DNA of 63,840 nucleotides, filler included, from Reclinomonas americana ATCC 50394 (Eukaryota): NCBI GenBank assembly GCA_048213135.1. It is 5 parts of 5 records of this genome, joined end to end, with 100 filler letters (N's around TTAATTAATTAA, not from the genome) between each part and the next. Parts side by side here need not be neighbours in the genome. Positions count along the whole stretch, not along the records: positions 61,663 to 63,840 come from AFZH01021517.1; 4 more parts are not named here. One strand, 5' to 3'. Shown piece by piece: positions 62,439 to 63,840 of this stretch (position 1 is its first letter; each line of letters starts with the position of its first letter). The notes under the pieces were generated by a model. It saw only the letters and a program-made list of their open reading frames with translations, ran no database searches and was not told where the DNA came from. The position numbers and the translations under genes were made by a program.

Positions 62439-63840
62439 AGTGTCGTGACGAGTTCAGGCACCGGGACGTGTTCAACGCCAACCTCGACTGCCTCGCGAAG
62501 AGTCTTGTCGAGTACGACCGTGTCGTCCCCCATCACGTGGCTGGTGCTGACGACGTCGACGAGTCTGGTGGAAGGCGATTTGCTGTCGTGGTGGTGAGTG
62601 GCGGTATTGAAAGAAGAAATGCAGAGCGGTGCAGTGCGAAAGAAGAGCAGCGGCAGTTTTTATTCTTTACTCGCCAGAGTGAGACTCAGTGAACACTGAA
62701 GAGAAAGACATTGGGGCGGTATCTCGAGGTGCATGTGAATCGGCAGCAATCGAGTTGTGTTTGTTGTCGTTGAGATTCTTTCGCGTCCCCCACACTGCAG
62801 CCTCATTGTCAGCAAGCAGCCGCGTTGAGTCGTCGCTCTTTTCTTTTCTTGCAGCAGTGTGGAGAATCCGCGCAGCGTTGGCATTGCCACTCTTGCTGTC
62901 AGCGCAGGCACCACTCCAACAACAAATGCGACTCGACCCTGTGCTGCTCCACCTTGACGACAGTCGAGTGGCGGGTGTGCGTTGAATATTCTTATCTGTT
63001 TGGTTTCAGAAATGTGCACGCACATATGATTACTGACTTCATGCAGTTTGCACCACAGTTACCGCCGCCGCTGCCGCCGCGCAATAGGAGGCACCCCCAA
63101 TTGTGTACACCAACTGGGTGCAATCAACTGCGCACGGTACCCGCAGCACTCCTATGACTCCGCGCCCACACCGCCTGTGTGATTGACGGTGAGATTCTTT
63201 TCGTCCTAGATACTATACCGATTGCTCGTCAGTCTTTCATAAGATTCTACAAACCCTGCGGCCGCCCTTTCACCGCCACCTGCAAGATTGATTGAGGTGG
63301 CCACCGTTGCAACGTTCTTCAATCTTTCTTGCGTCTTTTTTCTTTGCACCGGCGAGCGCGGGCAAAGTCGCGTGCATTTTTTTCTGTGCCTCCGTCGGTA
63401 AGACTTCATGTGGCCTCTGCGTGTACACATCCACCAATCATGCACACATATACGATTCGATTCTCTCGATCCGCACCTCCTCTGCTTTCGTGCTTTGCTG
63501 CTTTTTGCATATTTGTGCCACCAAGCAGATGCGAAGACAGAACTTCTGCGAAGACTGGTCAGAGCCGAATACGGCCGCTGACTAGTATCCCGACAAGCTG
63601 CGCAACGAGCAGTGCTAACCACAACGTTGCTCCTTTGCGACTGTGTGTGTGTCCAGATTCTTTTCGCGCGCAATGACCGTGTCCGAGTTCTTCAGGGTGA
63701 CAGCCCTGCAATTGGGGCTGCTTCACCGCCAGAGTCCTCTCTTCTCATCTGTTGCGTTTGTGCTCAGTCCCCTCTGCCTCCTCCTGCGCATGCCTCTTTC
63801 TGTGTCTAGATCTGACACACTTGCTGCTGTGTGCAGCGCG

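Noticed and set aside
63206..63673. 155-aa basic ORF on the minus strand
   Set aside because: No recognisable motifs and atypical codon usage; cannot be supported as a gene.

Overview
Eukaryotic (protist-like) nuclear DNA: GC-rich, gene-dense and intron-rich. Most introns are short (~45-90 nt) GT-AG introns, often containing CA/GA microsatellites, and the genetic code appears standard. The window is five contigs joined by artificial 100-nt N44-TTAATTAATTAA-N44 linkers, so gene order across the linkers is meaningless. Manual splicing gives about 27 genes. Recognisable ones are SFSWAP, GINS1/Psf1, an ankyrin protein with a C-terminal F-box-like motif, CTF18, a DadA-like D-amino acid dehydrogenase, Mpv17/PMP22, a universal stress protein, an EF-hand protein, two tandem vWA/Ig-like type I membrane proteins, a glycosyltransferase-like type II membrane protein, a mitochondrial carrier, HAUS2, VMA21, a WD40 protein, a GT61-like glycosyltransferase, a long-chain acyl-CoA synthetase and ATG2. 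The most striking feature, not resolved by the ORF track, is a pair of paralogous multi-exon genes (33538-33910 and 36524-36829, minus strand). Each encodes a 54-aa microprotein (43/54 identical) with an N-myristoylation-type N-terminus (MGSAxS) and an invariant C-terminus (EAVNAPSFGFSLGL), and the two genes share none of their five intron positions. Family assignments rest on recalled motifs, not database searches, and exon boundaries are manual predictions.
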